Source of the DNA: Raillietiella orientalis
Taxonomy: Eukaryota
Direction of reading: 5' to 3'
Assembly (NCBI GenBank): GCA_036172245.1
Contig: JAYWIR010000068.1
Span: 1-64,000 of the forward strand
Length of the DNA stretch: 64,000 bases
Part shown: positions 60,020 through 64,000 of the stretch, one piece after another
How the letters are laid out: the number at the start of each line of letters is the position of its first letter
Numbering within the stretch: position 1 is the stretch's first letter
Made by a program: the position numbers and the translations under genes
The notes under the pieces: model-generated
Told to the model about the DNA's origin: nothing
The model's input: only the letters and a program-made list of their open reading frames with translations
Database searches by the model: none

Positions 60020-62804
60020 GATTCTATGGTGCACACCAGAAATATAGGCGGCACAATGATCCCCGACGGAGACTGGTATCCTGCAACCAAATTTGTGGAG
60101 CCCACTGAGATGACTAGACGGCAAACTACCACGCTCGCATCGGCCATAGGCTTTCGACCACACGCAAAATTGCGATTGAAATCGCCACCGGCTCACGACA
60201 CCTAACGTTCTCTGATAGACGAGTTCGACAAGCTGAAATCATCAACTCTCCTGGAATCATTCGCTTAAACGTTTGCTTCCTTCGAGGATGATAAATTTCT
60301 TTTGACGGAGGGCCCCCGTTCGGCATACGTTCGCCATCCCCACCAGGGCGAGGAAACGCCTATACTCGATGCTGCGCACCGCACTAGGGGACAGTCGCAG
60401 ATCAAAAATTAGGATTACGGATATCTAACTATCCAGGAACCAAGAGGAATTGGAAATCCTACGCCCAGAAGTCCTTCGTAACCAGATAATCATCAAAAGG
60501 TTATTCATGGCAGCGGCGGGCTGGGATGGAAACTGGTTCGAACCCGCACGCCGGACGATGCAGTCTATATGCGGCAGCATCAACTTAGCAGTCCGTAAGA
60601 ATTCCCAAGCCGAAGAACATGACTGCCACATCCATTCAAGGAGTTTGCAAAAATACCCAACTGTGCTGCAAACCAGCAAACTATGGAGCGTGCAAATTAG
60701 CTTCAATAAAGTTCTGGATCGAAACACCAACGAAGAGGATCACATCACAAGATACTGGCCAAAATAAGAACCCACCATCGAACAGGCGTAAAGACTTCCC
60801 AGGACTCGCGTCACGTGGGAAAACCGGAATGGAAAAGAGACTCTATGAGCTGAAGAACAGAACCCATTCCCGAGAACCCACAAGATGGTCACGAATCTGG
60901 CTGAGAGAGGAAACGGAAATCACCCAGGAAAAGTGCAAGCCTGCACAAGTAGGAAGAGGTGTGCAGAGAACAGCAATAGAGATGCACAGATAGACGAGAA
61001 CTTTCCATGTGCAACAATTAGCAATTCCTACAGGCTCCCTGGATGCAGCAGCTATGCCCATGAAAGTGCAACATGTAGCACTCACGATACATTAGGGGCT
61101 GCCGAGGAACAACCACCTGCACCACGTAACCCAGGGCATGATCAAACCAGAATGCAGATGAGGGAACGTGGAGACCTTTTCCCACATGCGCCAGCCTTCA
61201 TCATAATCGAGAAAAACTGGCTTTGAGCTGAAGAATAGGGCTGATTCTCCAGAACCCGACAGATGACCATTAACCTGACTCGAGGGAATCGGAATACTAC
61301 AGGAAAATGAAAGTCCACGTGCGTAGCAAGCGTCTACCAACCACCTGGAAAACACGCACACAGGCCACTTGAAACACAGGCCACTTCAACATAATAATGT
61401 AAAAAATTCCGCAAGTTTCCGCATCAGTGCAAAAATATTCACCCAAGTCGTACACAGCCGAAGCAGTACATGAAGATAGTAATCCACAACCATTGTTTTC
61501 GTTCATTTCAAACAGCAGATAACATACGTTCACACGGGATTAAATAAAAAGCTTAGAGCCATATAGTTTAGGTTTCCAGCTAGGTCGAATGAATGGATGA
61601 CCATTTGCAAAATGCTCCTACATAACCAAAGATTGAAACTAACTCCTATTTAAAGAATGGTGTTTTTATATCCAAACAAATAAGAGCATTTAAAAACTCT
61701 TTCAATCAGAAGAGCAACATTTCCTGCCAAATGCTTCCCAACTTCATTATTTTAAAATACACATACCACAGGGTCACGGAGCAATAATTTCCTTTTGAGC
61801 TTCCCCTCTAGACCACCAGCTCCTGTAAGCAACACCAACTACGCTGCAACTGATATTTGCTAAGTAAGAATGAGAACAAATCCCAGAGTAGGAAATTAAT
61901 TAAACTCAACAAATATTAATGATGTCCATTTTGTATATATGGCCGGATATTTCCATTACTTTTGCTATACTTGCTCAGTATGTGGCTACTACCGTTGCAA
62001 AAGGATTTCCGATAATAGTGAAACATGAAAACCTTCATGTAAAAATCACATACTGCGAAGGTTCATACACATAAATGGAAATGCAGCATGCAAGTGAGTA
62101 CAATTTTACATTTACAAAGCATTTGAAACCCCTGGTGCTAAGGAAAACGATAAAGGATCCACTCCACATTTTTCAGCATTTATGGAGCACTTCACGATGT
62201 TGGACAAACAAGTTCATTACAACGCAATCAAATGGAAAAGCAACAACAGGTATGGTGTTCAATCTTATCTGCACTCTTGCAATGCTGCACCCACATATTT
62301 GCACAGAGATCTCGGTAAGAACCACCCAAGTGTCAATGATGCCAATGAGTGGAAACAAAAGGAAGCATTTGATTCATCACATGGTATTTCTGAAATCAAA
62401 GTGTTGGTGAAATGAACTACAGATGTGCAGCTACTCTCGTGCTAACTGAATACTTAGCACTCTTTCAAAAACTTTAGAAGACACCATTTGCTCAAGAGCA
62501 ACATGAGGATAGCACGTGCAAACTTCTGAGAAGAAAGTTCTACAAATCCCATGTCTCAAGAAGACTTCAGGTTATGCTACATGATAAAATCTCAAAATGA
62601 CTTGCTGTTTGCTGGCAAAGCCACACCTATTGAACAACACTTTACACAGCATTGGGTGCTCAAGCCACATCTAAAGGTAAAACCCTATTGAAGTCTTGAG
62701 GGGAACACATCAGGAAAACACAACTCCTTGTCAAGGAGTGCACAATGAGCACTTACCCACACTACACGTCAACGTGGAATCCCTGCATTCGAATGCAGCT
62801 ATTC

Positions 62805-63674
62805 TAACTTTCGTTTTCATGCTGATCCTACTTCCTCTTATTCAACGTTATGTGCACCTTTTGCAATGATCCTTAATGCCAGGTTGGGAAAACGAATTTC
62901 CACTAGTGGGGAAGAGGCCACGTTCACATGGATTTACGGACCAGTCGGAATCAGAAGGCAAAACAACATATATCTGTTGAACATATCTTTTCCCCAAATG
63001 CATGAAGATGGGGCATTAACGAGTTCGGATTGAGGACAATCGCGTTACGGGGCTTTCAGGCCATTTCCCAGCTACGAACATTCCACGTCCCCTTTTTGAG
63101 GCGAGAAAGCAACGAAGCGCAAGCAGTTGCGCATTCGTACAACAGAGGCATGCAAACTTACTGCAAAGCAACCTGAGCCGGCCAGATGCTAAGACGAGCA
63201 CTCCAAAGCCACCTCCACGCTGCCACAGACTTGACGCTTCCACCACCGCCAACCACCACGAAGCACATCCGGAGCGTCCATTTTGCTTCCGTTCGACGGA
63301 GCCCTCCTCTCGGTGCTGCCATCTCGGAACAGGCGGCAGAGGTGGAACTCTCGCTGCCACGCCGACGTTCCGGTGAGTTTCCGTGATGCGGCAGGTCTTC
63401 GAGCCGGATGGTCCGCCGCCTCAGCTGCGATGGGGCAGTAGGGGTGGCGGCCGTCCCGAAGGAGCGTCCTCCTTGCAAAGGGGGCGCGCGTTGCTCCGAA
63501 CCCGCTTGCTCCGCTGGACGGCGGGGACCGCACGCCGATCTTCCCTAGTGATGGCCGCTCCTGCTATCGCCTTCAAGCTGACGAAGAAAGGGGTGGCAGC
63601 AAAGGAGGGCCGAGGATCAAGCAAGACTGGACTCTGGACCCAAGCCACCATGCCTGCCCGCACCCCCAATTCAA
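62805..63674 (+). mobile_element. Probable family X-like 5' end and decayed ORF1
   Basis: Starts with the 40-bp repeat; KLTKKGVAAKEGRG resembles ALRTGGIAAAERKG at ~13600. Confidence 0.4.
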
Positions 63675-64000
63675 GGTTTCCCCAAGTCCCACAAGGGGTG
63701 GGGTAAGTTTATTTTTCTATAAAAATACAAAATTTACATTCGCACTCTCATTCACTCAATACAAACATTTTGCACTTGGGGGTCCTTGGGTTGCACTAGA
63801 GTTCTGCTTTTCAGGGGGAATTCCAGCTGGATGGTCCCGGGCGTCGTCCTGGATCCTCTTCAGGATGAATCGGTACGTCCAGGCGTGGATCTTCCCGCAG
63901 TTCCTGATGCCGATTTCCCTCTTCAAGAGCCCTTGTAGGATCTCCATCGGTGGTGCGGCTCTCCTGGCTTTCCTCATTTTCCACCACCGCACAAGTATGG
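63675..64000 (-). mobile_element. Family X 3' end (runs off the window end)
   Basis: Near-identical to the reverse complement of ~15245-15570, including the terminal hairpin. Confidence 0.93.

Noticed and set aside
61780..61830. GGLEG peptide on the minus strand as a Mononegavirales RdRp motif
   Set aside because: No following QK or GDN motif
60420..62760. Coding-like AT-rich stretches (possible decayed LINE 3' region or viral gene)
   Set aside because: No motif I can identify with confidence; needs a translated database search

Overview
Eukaryotic repeat landscape, probably invertebrate/arthropod (inferred from the endogenous viruses), with no recognisable host gene. Most of the window is a stack of GC-rich L1/Tx1-clade non-LTR retrotransposons (ORF1 with CCHC knuckles; ORF2 with APE endonuclease, RT and a C-terminal Cys/His domain). 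They fall into about six related families, labelled A-E and X here by eye. From 1 to ~37.7 kb the copies are nested in each other and almost every junction flips strand. Several junctions fall at the same codon position of the EN-RT linker in different host families, which suggests LINEs that target their own relatives in antisense. The families share a 5' CGGACGTG motif, a TAATG ORF1/ORF2 overlap and an AATAAA + GC-hairpin 3' end with no poly(A). From ~41 to 63.7 kb the fragments are more decayed and almost all on the + strand: a NeSL/Utopia-like RT, three CRESS-DNA virus Rep/capsid relics (one with a TAGTATTAC origin hairpin) and a chuvirus-like glycoprotein relic. No copy has both ORFs intact. 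Boundaries are approximate unless a TSD or terminal motif is quoted.
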